The translations under genes were made by a program, and so were the position numbers. A stretch of DNA of 64,000 bases from Candidatus Latescibacterota bacterium (GTDB lineage: Bacteria > Latescibacterota > UBA2968 > UBA8231): positions 3,008,001-3,072,000 of the forward strand of contig OY730476.1 of NCBI GenBank assembly GCA_963422735.1, given 5' to 3'. Positions within the stretch are counted from its first letter, which is position 1; every line of letters starts with the position of its first letter. Under the pieces are notes generated by a model. It made no database searches, had not been told where the DNA came from, and saw nothing but the letters and a program-made list of their open reading frames with translations. Shown one piece after another: positions 1 through 10,308 of the stretch.

Positions 1-1386
1 ACCCTATCTCACGCCGACAAGGCCGACCGCGGTACCGAGATCAAGCTCTACATCCGCTCGGACTGCGAGGAATTTCTCGACGCCCATCGGCTAGAGGCCA
101 TCATCCGCAAGCACTCGGATTTTGTCGCGTACCCCATCAAGGTCGCCGGCAAACAGGTCAACGACACGGCCGCCTTGTGGACTAGGCCGCGCAACGAAAT
201 TACCCCCGAGCAGTACAACGAATTTTACACGCACCTGACTGGCGACCCCGACGAGCCGCTCGCGTACGAGCACATCGTCGTGGATGTGCCGATCCAATTC
301 TACGCCGTGCTCTACATCCCCAAGCGCACACCGGCCCAATGGCTGCACGCGGAGCCGACGATCTCGCTCAACCTGCACGTCGCACGGGTCTTTATCCAAG
401 ACGACTGCAAGGAGCTTCTGCCGCTGTGGCTGCGCTTTGTGCGTGGAGTGGTTGACTGCGACGACCTGCCTCTCAACGTCTCGCGCGAAACCCTCCAGCA
501 AAATCCCATCATCGCCAAAATACGCGCCACCTTAGTCCGGCGCATCATCGGCATGTTAGAGGGCATGGCTAAAAAGGACGAGGCGCAGTACATGGCCTTT
601 TGGCATGCCTTCGGCACCATACTCAAAGAGGGCGTGGCCACCGATGCTGCGCACCAAGCCCAACTTGCCAAGCTCCTGCGCTACCGCTCCTCGCTGGCCG
701 ACGACGACGCGCCCTACATCTCGCTGCAGAATTACGTCGATCGGATGCAGAGCGAGCAGGATAAGATCTACTACCTCGCCGGCGAGAGCAAAGAGGCCAT
801 CGCCCAAAGCCCTCTATTGGAGGCCTTCCGCAAGCGCGGCATAGAGGTGCTCTACCTCGACGAGCCAGTCGATGAATGGGTCGTCCAAGGGCTACAAAAG
901 TTCGCCGACAAAGAGTTCCAAGGCGCGGATGCGGCCGAGTTGAACTTGGAAGAGGACGCAGTCGAGTTAGAAGGGGTCAACGATCAGAAGGCCGAGACCA
1001 TCGAGCTGATCTCCTTTCTCAAGAACAAGCTCGCCGGCCGGGTCGAGGACGTAGTCGAGTCCAAGCGGCTGACCGACAGCCCTTGTCTGCTGGTCGCCAG
1101 CCAAGATGGCCTAAGCCGCAACATGGAGCGGCTGATGAAAATGACCGACCGCGAGTTCAAGGGATCGTTGCGTACGCTAGAAATCAATCGCCAACACCCG
1201 ATCATCCGCAACATGGCCGCCGTGCTCAAGCGCGACCGCGACTCCGAACAACTGGAGAGCTGGGCACATTTTCTGGTTGATTTCGTATTGCTGGGCGAGG
1301 GCACGGTCGAAGATCCACAGCGGCTGAGCCAGAGCTTGCAGTCCATCATGGGCGCGGCCACTGCGCACGGCGCCGAGGAGAATTAG
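1..1386 (+). CDS. htpG: Molecular chaperone HtpG (Hsp90), 5' truncated by window edge
   Basis: Frame is open from base 1 (RGTEIKL...IIRKHSDFVAYPI); Hsp90 motifs RFVRGVVDCDDLPLNVSRETLQ, LKEGV, IYYLAG, LEINRQHPII. Confidence 0.96.
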   Translation, partial: TLSHADKADRGTEIKLYIRSDCEEFLDAHRLEAIIRKHSDFVAYPIKVAGKQVNDTAALWTRPRNEITPEQYNEFYTHLTGDPDEPLAYEHIVVDVPIQFYAVLYIPKRTPAQWLHAEPTISLNLHVARVFIQDDCKELLPLWLRFVRGVVDCDDLPLNVSRETLQQNPIIAKIRATLVRRIIGMLEGMAKKDEAQYMAFWHAFGTILKEGVATDAAHQAQLAKLLRYRSSLADDDAPYISLQNYVDRMQSEQDKIYYLAGESKEAIAQSPLLEAFRKRGIEVLYLDEPVDEWVVQGLQKFADKEFQGADAAELNLEEDAVELEGVNDQKAETIELISFLKNKLAGRVEDVVESKRLTDSPCLLVASQDGLSRNMERLMKMTDREFKGSLRTLEINRQHPIIRNMAAVLKRDRDSEQLESWAHFLVDFVLLGEGTVEDPQRLSQSLQSIMGAATAHGAEEN

Positions 1387-1388
1387 AC

Positions 1389-2702
1389 ATGTCGGATCAA
1401 GTGCGCCAACAAGCCCTAGCCGCACGCGCAGCGTCGCGCGTCCTCGCTGCGGCTTCCGAAGAGGTGCGCAACCAAGCCCTCGAAACCATTGCTGCGGCTC
1501 TCGAAGCAAATCGAGAGCGCATCTTGGCCGCCAACGCCGAGGATCTAAAAGCCGGTGAGCAAGATGGGCTGACCCCGCCCTTGCTCAAGCGGCTCGACCT
1601 GAGCGGGCGCAAATTCGCCAGCACGGTGGAGATGGTGCGCGGCGTTTGCGCCCAGCCCGATCCCCTCGGCCAAACCCAGAGCGCGACCGAGCTAGACGAC
1701 CGGCTCCACCTCTATCGAGTGACCGTGCCCATCGGCGTGATCGGCGTAATCTTTGAATCCCGGCCCGACGCCTTGGTGCAGATCGCCTCCCTGTGCCTCA
1801 AGTCTGGCAATGCCGCCCTGCTCAAGGGAGGGCGCGAGGCCACCGCAACCAATCAGACTCTCGCCGAGGTAATGTGCCAAGCCACGCATGGCATCTTGCC
1901 GGAGGGGTGGATGGCACTCTTGCCGGGCCGCGAGGAAGTCCGTGCGCTCCTTGGCGAGGAGGACCTGATCGACCTAATCATCCCGCGTGGCAGTAACGAG
2001 TTTGTGCAATACATCATGCACAACACCAAGATCCCGGTCATGGGCCACGCCGACGGGATCTGCCACGTGTACGTCGATGCCAGCGCAGACCTAGACAAGG
2101 CCGTGCAGATCGCCGTCGATGCCAAGACCCAGTACGTGGCCGTGTGCAACGCGGCCGAGACTCTGCTCGTACACAGCCGCGTAGCCGCGGCCTTTTTGCA
2201 GCGGGCTGTGCCGGCGCTGCTTGCAAGGGATGTGGAACTACGCGGCGACGAGCGCACCATTGCCCTTGCCAACGCCAACGGGCAAGTCAAACCAGCCGCC
2301 GAAGCCGACTGGTCCACCGAATACTTAGACTTGATGCTGGCGGTAAAAGTCGTCGATAGCACGGCCGAGGCCATCGAACACATCAACGCGTACGGCAGCC
2401 ATCACACAGACGCGATCGTGGCCGAAGACCCGGCGGCCGCACGCACCTTTTTGCGCGAGGTGGATTCGGCCTCGGTGATTCACAATGCTTCGACGCGCTT
2501 TGCCGATGGCTTCAAATACGGGCTAGGGGCCGAGGTCGGCATCAGCACCAATCGCCTTCACAGCCGCGGCCCAGTAGGCCTAGAGGGCCTCGTCATCTAC
2601 AAGTACATTCTCCAAGGGGACGGCCACATCGTCGATATGTACGATGGCCAGCATCAGCGCCCCTTCGCCCATCGCCCCCTCGACCAGCACTGGCAGGCCT
2701 GA
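1389..2702 (+). CDS. proA: Gamma-glutamyl phosphate reductase
   Basis: [56 protein letters not shown]. Confidence 0.97.
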   Translation: MSDQVRQQALAARAASRVLAAASEEVRNQALETIAAALEANRERILAANAEDLKAGEQDGLTPPLLKRLDLSGRKFASTVEMVRGVCAQPDPLGQTQSATELDDRLHLYRVTVPIGVIGVIFESRPDALVQIASLCLKSGNAALLKGGREATATNQTLAEVMCQATHGILPEGWMALLPGREEVRALLGEEDLIDLIIPRGSNEFVQYIMHNTKIPVMGHADGICHVYVDASADLDKAVQIAVDAKTQYVAVCNAAETLLVHSRVAAAFLQRAVPALLARDVELRGDERTIALANANGQVKPAAEADWSTEYLDLMLAVKVVDSTAEAIEHINAYGSHHTDAIVAEDPAAARTFLREVDSASVIHNASTRFADGFKYGLGAEVGISTNRLHSRGPVGLEGLVIYKYILQGDGHIVDMYDGQHQRPFAHRPLDQHWQA

Positions 2703-2703
2703 C

Positions 2704-3060
2704 ATGAGCGAGTACACCACGGATTCGACCTACACTCCTGTGGAGCGCCACATCTTTCTCTGCGCTACCCCCACCAAGCCCAAGTGCCACAGCGACGGCA
2801 CCGGGGCCGAGTGCTGGGAGTACCTGAAAAAGCGGTTGTCCGAATTGGGCTACGGCCATCCGGGCAAGGGCGGCATTCACCGCACCAAGGCCGACTGCCT
2901 ACGCGTCTGCGAATCCGGGCCGACGGTGGTGGTATATCCCGAAGGCGTCTGGTACCACTCCGCGACCGTCGAAAAGCTGGAGCGCATCATCCAAGAGCAC
3001 TTGATCGGCGGGCAGGTTGTAGAAGAGCTAGTCAACCGCGAGCCGTTCCGCAACCTGTAG
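2704..3060 (+). CDS. Thioredoxin-like [2Fe-2S] ferredoxin
   Basis: HIFLC..KPKC...[25 protein letters not shown]; ATG 2704 directly after proA stop. Confidence 0.9.
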   Translation: MSEYTTDSTYTPVERHIFLCATPTKPKCHSDGTGAECWEYLKKRLSELGYGHPGKGGIHRTKADCLRVCESGPTVVVYPEGVWYHSATVEKLERIIQEHLIGGQVVEELVNREPFRNL

Positions 3061-3094
3061 TCACACAGGGGGCCTCAGCCGGCCACAAAAGCGC

Positions 3095-4282
3095 ATGGTG
3101 AGCAAATCCAAACCCAAAAAACACATCGACCTAGAGATCAAGGACGCCAGCCTGATCTTCGACCGCGTCTGGAGCGACATAGAGCAAGAGTTCGGTCGCG
3201 CCAAGCTCTGCTTCCCCGGAGAAATTATCTGGCTCGGCGGCGCACCCGGGGCCGGCAAGGGCACCAATACCCCCTTCATTCTCGAAGCGCGGGGTATTAC
3301 GGCCGCGGCCATAGTGATCAGCGACTTGCTCGACAGCCCTCGCGCCCAACAGATCAAGAACGCCGGTGGCTTAGTCGGCGACGAGGAGGTCACTTACCTA
3401 CTCTTGCACAAGCTGCTCGACCCAATATACGAGCGCGGCGTGATCGTCGATGGCTTCCCGCGCACTCAAGTGCAGGTCGAGTGCCTCAAACTATTCTACG
3501 ACAAGATGACCGAATTGCGCGAGGAATTCCGCAATCACAACTTCCCGCGCCCCCTCTTTCGCACTGTGTTGCTCTTCGTCGATGAAGAGGTCAGCGTCGA
3601 GCGCCAACTCCACCGCGGTCGGGAGGCTCAGGAGCGCAATCGCAAGGCCACGGAGTCAGGTGTCGGCCAGCTCGCCGAGATCCGCGCCACCGACCTCGAT
3701 CCAGCGGCCGCACGCAAGCGCTACCAAGTTTTCAAGGAAACGACCTTTGAAGCACTGCGCTCGCTGCGCGCTATTTTTCACTTTCGCTTCATCGACGCCA
3801 GCCAGTCGCTCGCCAAGGTGCAACAGGAGATCGAGGAGGAGTTTTCCTACCAGAGTTCGCTGGAGCTTTCGCACAAAACCTTCGACCGCGTCCGCACCAT
3901 CACGCCGGCCAGCCGCCTCGTGCTCTACGCCCGCCAAGAGCTAGTCAAAAGGCTGGAGATCTACAACGAGGATCATCCCGAACTGTTCCAGCGGGTCATC
4001 GACAAAGTTCACTCCAAGTTCATGCCCATTGTCACCCGCTATGCCATTACCGGCATGACGCTCGTCAACTCCGAGGACGCGCTCTTTGACAATCCTTTGG
4101 CCTTGGCCATGTTGATCGACATCTTTTCCGAGCGCGGCTATCAGGCCCTCGTCGATGTCGAATCCATAGAGGTTCCTCACCGCATTGACTCCCACACACA
4201 CGAAATTGTCTGCCGGCAGAAGCGCGTCTATCGCTTTCAGATTCGCTTTGCGGCCTCAGCCATCCGGCACGGGACCGACTAA
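3095..4282 (+). CDS. Long adenylate/nucleoside monophosphate kinase-like protein with C-terminal extension
   Basis: P-loop LGGAPGAGKGT, GGLVGD, VDGFPRT; about 395 aa. Confidence 0.8.
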   Translation: MVSKSKPKKHIDLEIKDASLIFDRVWSDIEQEFGRAKLCFPGEIIWLGGAPGAGKGTNTPFILEARGITAAAIVISDLLDSPRAQQIKNAGGLVGDEEVTYLLLHKLLDPIYERGVIVDGFPRTQVQVECLKLFYDKMTELREEFRNHNFPRPLFRTVLLFVDEEVSVERQLHRGREAQERNRKATESGVGQLAEIRATDLDPAAARKRYQVFKETTFEALRSLRAIFHFRFIDASQSLAKVQQEIEEEFSYQSSLELSHKTFDRVRTITPASRLVLYARQELVKRLEIYNEDHPELFQRVIDKVHSKFMPIVTRYAITGMTLVNSEDALFDNPLALAMLIDIFSERGYQALVDVESIEVPHRIDSHTHEIVCRQKRVYRFQIRFAASAIRHGTD

Positions 4283-5301
4283 CTCGGCCCGATCTGCCCT
4301 TCTGCGAGCATGGTAATTAGGGCCGAGTCCTCCGCGTCGAGGGGGAGCAACACCCGGCCGCGGCGGCGGCTCGACTCATAGGTAGCGAAAATTAGTTCGG
4401 TCGCTTGCAGAGCCTTGCGCGCCGACAAGCGCGGCTCCGCACCGCTGGCGAGACAGGCAATCAGATCGAGCACCGACAGCACGGTGTCGCCGCCTGGCGG
4501 GACGACATCGGCGAGCTCTTCATCCGCGAAGTCCTGCCACGCCTCACCCGCACGCAACAGCCGCAGCGGTGCGCGCTCTGCGCCGCCAACTTCGATGATG
4601 CCTTCGCTGCCGATGAGGCGATTGCGCGGGCCTTGTACGTGCGCGGCACCCGTGCCGAGCAGACCCTCGACGCCGTTTTGCCAGCGGATCCACGATAGGC
4701 CGCTAGTTTCTAAGGGCACGCCAAAGACCGCGTGCTCGGATTCGACGGCAATCTGGCCCATGACCCATTCGGCGGGTACTTCGTCGTTGTAAAAGAAAAA
4801 CATGTCAAACCAATGAGTGCCCCAATCAAACAGGTTGGAACACGCCCCTTCGAGCCGCTGGAGCGCACCTATGGCCCCTGCGTCGAGCAATTGTTTGGCC
4901 TTGACAAACGGAGCACCAAAGCGGCGTTGGTGGCAGAAGGTGAGGAGCACGCCGCGGTCGGCGCAGGCTCGGGCGAGCACCTTGGCGTCGCCCCACGTGC
5001 TGGCCATGGGCTTTTCGCAATGGATGGCTTTGACGCCGGCTGTGGCCGCGGCTTCGACCATTTCTCGGTGCTGGACGGTCCACGTGCAGACGCTCACTAC
5101 ATCGAGGGCTTCGCGCTCTAGCATGGCGCGATAATCTTCGTACGGGGACGCCACGGCAAAGTCCTCGGCAAAGGATGTGCGGGCCGCTGCCACCGGGTCG
5201 GCACAGGCCGCGATTGCGACTTGGGCGGAGGCTTGGTAGCCCTCGGCGTGGCTTCGACCGCGAGCGCCGCAGCCGATCACACCGGCTTTGTACTGAGTCA
5301 T
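4279..5301 (-). CDS. Gfo/Idh/MocA family oxidoreductase
   Basis: GVIGCGARG Rossmann motif, CEKPMA, DWGTHWFD; start taken at MTQYK (5301). Confidence 0.9.
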   Translation of the reverse strand: MTQYKAGVIGCGARGRSHAEGYQASAQVAIAACADPVAAARTSFAEDFAVASPYEDYRAMLEREALDVVSVCTWTVQHREMVEAAATAGVKAIHCEKPMASTWGDAKVLARACADRGVLLTFCHQRRFGAPFVKAKQLLDAGAIGALQRLEGACSNLFDWGTHWFDMFFFYNDEVPAEWVMGQIAVESEHAVFGVPLETSGLSWIRWQNGVEGLLGTGAAHVQGPRNRLIGSEGIIEVGGAERAPLRLLRAGEAWQDFADEELADVVPPGGDTVLSVLDLIACLASGAEPRLSARKALQATELIFATYESSRRRGRVLLPLDAEDSALITMLAEGQIGPS

Positions 5302-5340
5302 TTTGTGCTCCGTCTGTGTTTGCGTAAAGTTGCGCGTTGT

Positions 5341-5507
5341 AACTGACGTTACGGACCGACTTCTCCGGTATGAGATGCTTCGACTCCGCTGTGCTCCGCT
5401 CAGCATGACCAAGAGCGCACCAACACCTGTCGTGCCGAGCGAAACGCTTCACCTCGCCTTTAGGCGACACAGCATCTCATACCCAATGCCTGTGCGTAAC
5501 ATCAGTT
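5341..5507. repeat. Nested inverted-repeat (MITE/REP-like) element
   Basis: Outer IR 5341-5356/5492-5507 (14/16), perfect 13-bp IR 5367-5379/5471-5483, inner IR 5397-5409/5429-5441 of GTCATGCTGAGCG type. Confidence 0.75.
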
Positions 5508-5558
5508 CGTAAAATAGAGATCCCATCGCCTCGCCATCAAACGCAACAGGAGAACGCC

Positions 5559-6389
5559 ATGCCCATCACCGACGCCCTCCCCGACATGGAACGCGTGCTT
5601 AAATTTTTCAGCGCGACCAACGACAATCCCCAAAAGCTCACCCGCGCCCAGATTCGCCAGTTCAACGAACAGGGGTACATCTGCCCCTTGGACGTGTTCA
5701 CGCCGGAAGAAGCCACGGCCAATCGCCGCTATTTCGACGCACTCATGGCCCAAGCCCAAGCCAGCGGGCACAACAGCTATTCAATCAACGGCTGGCATCG
5801 CCACTGCCGAGGCATCTACGACTTGTTGCACGAGCCGCGCATTCTCGATTGCGTCGAAGACCTCCTCGGCCCCAACCTCGTCAGCGTTATGACTCACTAC
5901 TTTTGCAAGGAGCCGGGCGACCAAAAACAGGTCGTCTGGCACCAAGACGCCTCGTACTGGCCGCTGACCCCGAGCAAGGTGGTGACCGCTTGGCTGGCCA
6001 TCGACGATGTGGATGAGGAAAACGGGCCGATGACCGTCGTCCCCGGCTCGCATTTGCACGGGCAGATTCCCTTTGAGCACAGCACCGCCGAAGAACAAAA
6101 TGTGTTGGGGCAGAGTGTGCGCTCGCCGCTCCAGTGGGGCAGCGAGCCGGTGGCCTTTATCATGCGAGCCGGTCAGATGTCCTTGCACACCGACCTGCTC
6201 TTGCACGGCTCGGCCCCCAACCGCTCCACGCGCCGCCGCTGCGGCCTGACGCTGCGCTACATGCCGCCCGAGGTGCGCACCCGTGAAGAGAAGCGCGCCA
6301 ACGGCTATATCTGCCGTGGCACCGACTCAAGCGGCTACTGGATTGACCTCCCCGTGCCAACCGGAGACGAGATGCTATCGAAGGCCTAG
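5559..6389 (+). CDS. Phytanoyl-CoA dioxygenase (PhyH) family Fe(II)/2OG enzyme
   Basis: WHQDASYW, AWLAIDD, VVPGSH, LLHGSAPNRS.RRR. Confidence 0.92.
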   Translation: MPITDALPDMERVLKFFSATNDNPQKLTRAQIRQFNEQGYICPLDVFTPEEATANRRYFDALMAQAQASGHNSYSINGWHRHCRGIYDLLHEPRILDCVEDLLGPNLVSVMTHYFCKEPGDQKQVVWHQDASYWPLTPSKVVTAWLAIDDVDEENGPMTVVPGSHLHGQIPFEHSTAEEQNVLGQSVRSPLQWGSEPVAFIMRAGQMSLHTDLLLHGSAPNRSTRRRCGLTLRYMPPEVRTREEKRANGYICRGTDSSGYWIDLPVPTGDEMLSKA

Positions 6390-6394
6390 CTGCC

Positions 6395-7342
6395 GTGGCC
6401 CTACCGGAAACCTTTCGCGCCCGCTTGGAGGACATGCTCCCGGCCGAGCACTTTGCCGCCTGCTGGCAGAGCCTAGCCGCCGAGCAGCCTACGGCCTTCC
6501 GCGCCAACTCGCTCAAGGGTACGCCTGACGCGCTCGTTGCCGAGCTAACGGCTGCGGGCTTCGCCCTGACGCCGCTGGGCTGGAAGGGCGACGCCTTTGT
6601 CGTTCCGGCTGCCCAACGCCGCGCCCTCACCGAGTGTGCAGCCTACCGCGAAGGCCGGCTCTACATCCAAAACCCCTCTAGCATGGTGCCGCCGATTCTT
6701 TTGGCGCCGCAAAGCGAGGAGTGCATTCTCGACCTTGGGGCCGCTCCGGGCAGCAAGACTTTGCAGCTCGCCGAACTGATGGGCAATCAAGGGCGCATCT
6801 GGGCTGTGGAGTCCGTGCGCGGTCGCTTCTTTCGCCTGCGGGACAATCTGGCGCGGCACGGAGCCGAGAACGTGCAAGTCCATCTCGCCGACGGAACCCG
6901 CATCTGGCGTCGGCATCTGGAGCGATTCGACCGCGTACTCCTCGACGCGCCGTGCTCGTCCGAAGGGCGGTTCCACGCCGATACGCCCAAAACTTATGCC
7001 TATTGGAGCGAGAAGAAGATCGCCGAAATGAGCCGCAAACAGCGGCGGCTCTGCTACTCGGCCGTGCAATGCCTCAAGCCGGGCGGAGTGCTAGTCTATT
7101 CGACCTGCACCTTTGCGCCCGAAGAAAACGAGGCCGTCATCAACCGGGTGCTGCGGCAGTTTACCGGTGCCCTAACCGTAGAGGACATCGCGCTGCCTTT
7201 TGACAATGTGGCACCGGGCTTGAGCCAGTGGCGAGACAAGGCGTTTGACGCGCAGGTGCAGCGGGCCAAGCGAATTTTGCCGCTGGGGGGGATGGAGGGG
7301 TTTTTCGTGTGCCGGTTGCGGAAGACGGCGAGTACGAGGTAG
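6395..7342 (+). CDS. RsmB/RsmF (NOL1/NOP2) RNA m5C methyltransferase
   Basis: DLGAAPGSKT, DRVLLDAPCSSEG, LVYSTCTFAPEENE. Confidence 0.92.
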   Translation: MALPETFRARLEDMLPAEHFAACWQSLAAEQPTAFRANSLKGTPDALVAELTAAGFALTPLGWKGDAFVVPAAQRRALTECAAYREGRLYIQNPSSMVPPILLAPQSEECILDLGAAPGSKTLQLAELMGNQGRIWAVESVRGRFFRLRDNLARHGAENVQVHLADGTRIWRRHLERFDRVLLDAPCSSEGRFHADTPKTYAYWSEKKIAEMSRKQRRLCYSAVQCLKPGGVLVYSTCTFAPEENEAVINRVLRQFTGALTVEDIALPFDNVAPGLSQWRDKAFDAQVQRAKRILPLGGMEGFFVCRLRKTASTR

Positions 7343-7403
7343 GGGAAGTCACGAACCGTGGCTCATGCATGCGCTCCAAAAGCTCAGTCCAATCTCTACC
7401 GGC

Positions 7404-8291
7404 TCACAATTCGCGATACGTCCCTTGAAATACCTCTCTAACGTGCCAGCCTATGAAATCCACCTTCGGATAATAGGATCGCCTTTGTGGAAAGTTGATT
7501 TTTTTGCCGTGAAACCGCATTAGCCATTCTCTAAATCCAACTAATCCATGTGCATCTTCTGATACTAGTATCTCCCACTGCTTAGACAGAGTAAAAGCTC
7601 CGCGGTCAAATAGTTTATGGTGCAGCACACACAGAGTCAGTCCATTCACCACCCGATTAGGTCCACCTGCTGCATGCCATTTTATATGAGATGCTTCTAA
7701 CCCAATGGGAGAATGCCCCAATTTCACATCAAAGCCACAGATGGCACATCTGTATTCATAAGCTCTGAGGACATTTTCTCTAAAATGGGAATCGCGCCTT
7801 CTCGTCTCAAAAACCCGTAGAGTAGGTTCAATGTTAACAGCCTGTAAGATGTCTCCGTGAATTGAAGGAGGAAAGTGAGCGTCTAATAAGTTGTGAATGA
7901 TTTCAAAAGTTAGTTTGGAATCATTCTGAAACTGTGTGGCAATAGCTTCGTGGAAACCACCAGAAACACTACGAGCAAGAAGATCGCTTTTTCTGGCATT
8001 TCCAGAAGCGTCTGGCACAATTTGGTCGGCATCGGTTACTTCCCAAACACTATCATTACGCAATCGCCAAAATGGATACTGGGACCCCTGCTTTGATCGT
8101 CTAGGTCCAAACTCCTGTAGCAACCTCCCAAGTTCCTCATCTACCTCGCAGTATGGAATGAACCGGCTTTCGCCGCGCAGCAATTTTCCAATTGCATATA
8201 GAACCAGTAGGGGTTTGTGCGGTGCTCTTTCCCCCGTCCTTCTCCATATCCTAAGGGTCGCAAATTTCTGAGTAATTAATTCTCGGTCCAT
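7404..8291 (-). CDS. HNH endonuclease with N-terminal sulfur-binding (SBD)-like domain; putative phosphorothioate-dependent restriction enzyme
   Basis: RAPHKPLL and YPFWRL motifs; C-terminal CAICG...EASHIKWH..GGP..V.NGLTLCVLHHKLFDRGAF; lower GC than flanks. Confidence 0.8.
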   Translation of the reverse strand: MDRELITQKFATLRIWRRTGERAPHKPLLVLYAIGKLLRGESRFIPYCEVDEELGRLLQEFGPRRSKQGSQYPFWRLRNDSVWEVTDADQIVPDASGNARKSDLLARSVSGGFHEAIATQFQNDSKLTFEIIHNLLDAHFPPSIHGDILQAVNIEPTLRVFETRRRDSHFRENVLRAYEYRCAICGFDVKLGHSPIGLEASHIKWHAAGGPNRVVNGLTLCVLHHKLFDRGAFTLSKQWEILVSEDAHGLVGFREWLMRFHGKKINFPQRRSYYPKVDFIGWHVREVFQGTYREL

Positions 8292-8310
8292 TTTTTAGTA
8301 TATAACCTAA

Positions 8311-9360
8311 CTACACGACAGCGATAATCGGGTACTGTGTAGTAGTTGGGTTTGTTTTTTTCTATTGTCGATGAGGTGTTGTATCGCATCAAGCCTTCGT
8401 CGAAAGAGGCTTTGGGCCAAGGCTCCATGTTTTCTGGTCGGCGTCGGTGCTCACCGACGAGCAGACTCCGCAGGAGGGTCAAGGCGAGTACCCCCACGAG
8501 TCGGAGGATTCGTTCGGGTGCCCGCAGGAGAGTCGTTTCTAGACCAAAGCCTTTGGACTTGAGAGAGCCGAACGCCGTCTCAGCCGCCCAGCGCGGTTGA
8601 TACAAAGCAACCACGGCGTCGAAATCTCTTCGATTGGTGGCCAAAAACAGGCGCGCTCCCTTGGGCGGACGATGGCATATAATATGAACCGCTACTGATT
8701 ATCGCCTCATATAAGCCGACGTTTTCATAGGCGCGGGTGGTGTTTTTGGGTTGGCGGCGGGTAGTATGCTCCAAGGGTCGGTAGCGTCCATCGGCGGTTT
8801 CCATCGTGTGGTTCGCCCGCAAGCAGATGACGAAATCCTCTTGGCACTGCAACATATGGCGAAGCCAATCGCCGCCAATACATTCTCGGTCGGCCAACAA
8901 GCAGCAGCGCGGCGCTGGCAGATAGCCTAACGATCGATCCAATAGGTGGATTGGGTCGTTCATCGAGGCGTCGTCCGTCCGACCCAAGGACATTGATTCA
9001 ATCGGGATCGAGACGCGCGGATGCACCACACCTAAGCACAACAGATTGCGACGGGTTGGGCCGTATGGCCAGTGGGTCCGATCCAAGGTCAACAAGACCT
9101 GCTTGCTCGGCTTGACCACGTGTCGCACCATCAGTTGGGTGCTTATCTGCGGCGACCACGTGCCGCCGAGAAATCGCTGCAAGCGGCGATACTGGCTGGT
9201 GATGGTAGCCGACCCTCAAACGGCGATGGCCACCTGCTTCATACTGACCGAACGGGTCTGCATCAACGCGTACAACAGACTGGGCAACAGGTCGAGTCAT
9301 CGAGCAAGTCCCTTGACGTAGCACCCGTTTTAACATCTGAATCATTTTCACAGTCAGTTC
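8311..9360 (-). mobile_element. Degenerate IS4-family insertion sequence (transposase pseudogene)
   Basis: Fragments YRRLQRFL, LTLDRTHW, LLADRECIGGDW, ICLR, YQPRWAAETAFGSLKSKGFGLETT over several frames; two in-frame TGA near the N-terminus; ends approximate. Confidence 0.85.
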
Positions 9361-9369
9361 CAAGGGATT

Positions 9370-9453
9370 AGCGTCGATGAATTCACGGCGGGATAATCCC
9401 GCTATTTCGGCCGCCCGGCTCTGGGAGACAAGCTCCATTTCGTACCATTTCAC
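9370..9453 (-). pseudogene. Internal fragment of UPF0175-family (HTH antitoxin-like) gene
   Basis: VKWYEMELVSQSRAAEIAGLSRREFIDA resembles the UPF0175 core; truncated on both sides. Confidence 0.65.
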
Positions 9454-9662
9454 CGCTGAAACACGCTTGCTTCACCCTGCCTTGTCACGCCAGCTATCTC
9501 GCCTACTTCACCGCGCCTTTAGGCGTGTTGACGTAAGCAAGCGCGGAGTGGACTGACTAGGGTTTATCTCAAAACAAAACGCTCAAAACAGAAAGTTGAG
9601 TTTGCTTCGGCAGTAGGCTATCTTCCCTCTATGATCAACCTGACCGGAGGAGAACCACATCC

Positions 9663-10145
9663 ATGAACTGGATTGAAATGTGCCAAAACAAGGCCCTGCA
9701 GGACCTACCCTTCAAGATCGAACTAAACGAATGGGGGCAAATCACCATGACGCCGGCCTCAAATAAACACGGCCATATCCAAGTCCTCATCGCCTTCAAA
9801 TTGATGCAGCAAAAAACAGTAGGACGCGTCCTGACCGAGTGCTCGATCCAGACCAGCCAAGGCGTCAAAGTCGCTGATGCGGCTTGGGGTTCGGACGCCT
9901 TCTTCGCCCGCCACGGGATGGACACGCCCTATCTCCAAGCACCGGAACTATGCGTCGAAATCCGCTCGCCCTCTAACTCCATCGGCGAGATGCTGGCCAA
10001 GAAGGATCTGTACTTGGCGCGGGGTGCCCAAGAATTTTGGCTCGTTGACGAAGAAGGTCGCCTGAGCTTCTACTCCTATGGCGGTGAACAAGAGCAATCA
10101 ATCCTGTTCGCCGACTTTCCTTCAGCCCTAGCCGTTCCAGAGTAA
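9663..10145 (+). CDS. Uma2 family (PD-(D/E)XK) putative endonuclease
   Basis: KIELNEWGQITMTPA..HG, GVKVADAAW, APELCVEIRSPSN, YLARGAQEFWLVD; RBS GGAGGAG. Confidence 0.9.
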   Translation: MNWIEMCQNKALQDLPFKIELNEWGQITMTPASNKHGHIQVLIAFKLMQQKTVGRVLTECSIQTSQGVKVADAAWGSDAFFARHGMDTPYLQAPELCVEIRSPSNSIGEMLAKKDLYLARGAQEFWLVDEEGRLSFYSYGGEQEQSILFADFPSALAVPE

Positions 10146-10308
10146 CTGTGCAGATGCATTCCGCCAAACAATTCGGCGCGGGACAAGCTGGCTAGGATAT
10201 AGTGCTGCATCAACTCCTGCAATTTTCACCGGGGCCACCGCAACACGCGCCGAGCGTGAACACCGAGACCGCGCGACCGCTGGCCCCGGCATCGCCAAGG
10301 GAGACCCC

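Noticed and set aside
5302-5412. N-terminal extension of the Gfo/Idh/MocA ORF (MVMLSGAQRSRSIS...)
   Set aside because: It is the translation of the repeat element; the Rossmann motif starts after Met at 5301
9180-9310. In-frame TGA codons in the IS4 transposase as possible selenocysteine
   Set aside because: The gene also has frameshifts and the positions are not redox-Cys sites; ordinary decay
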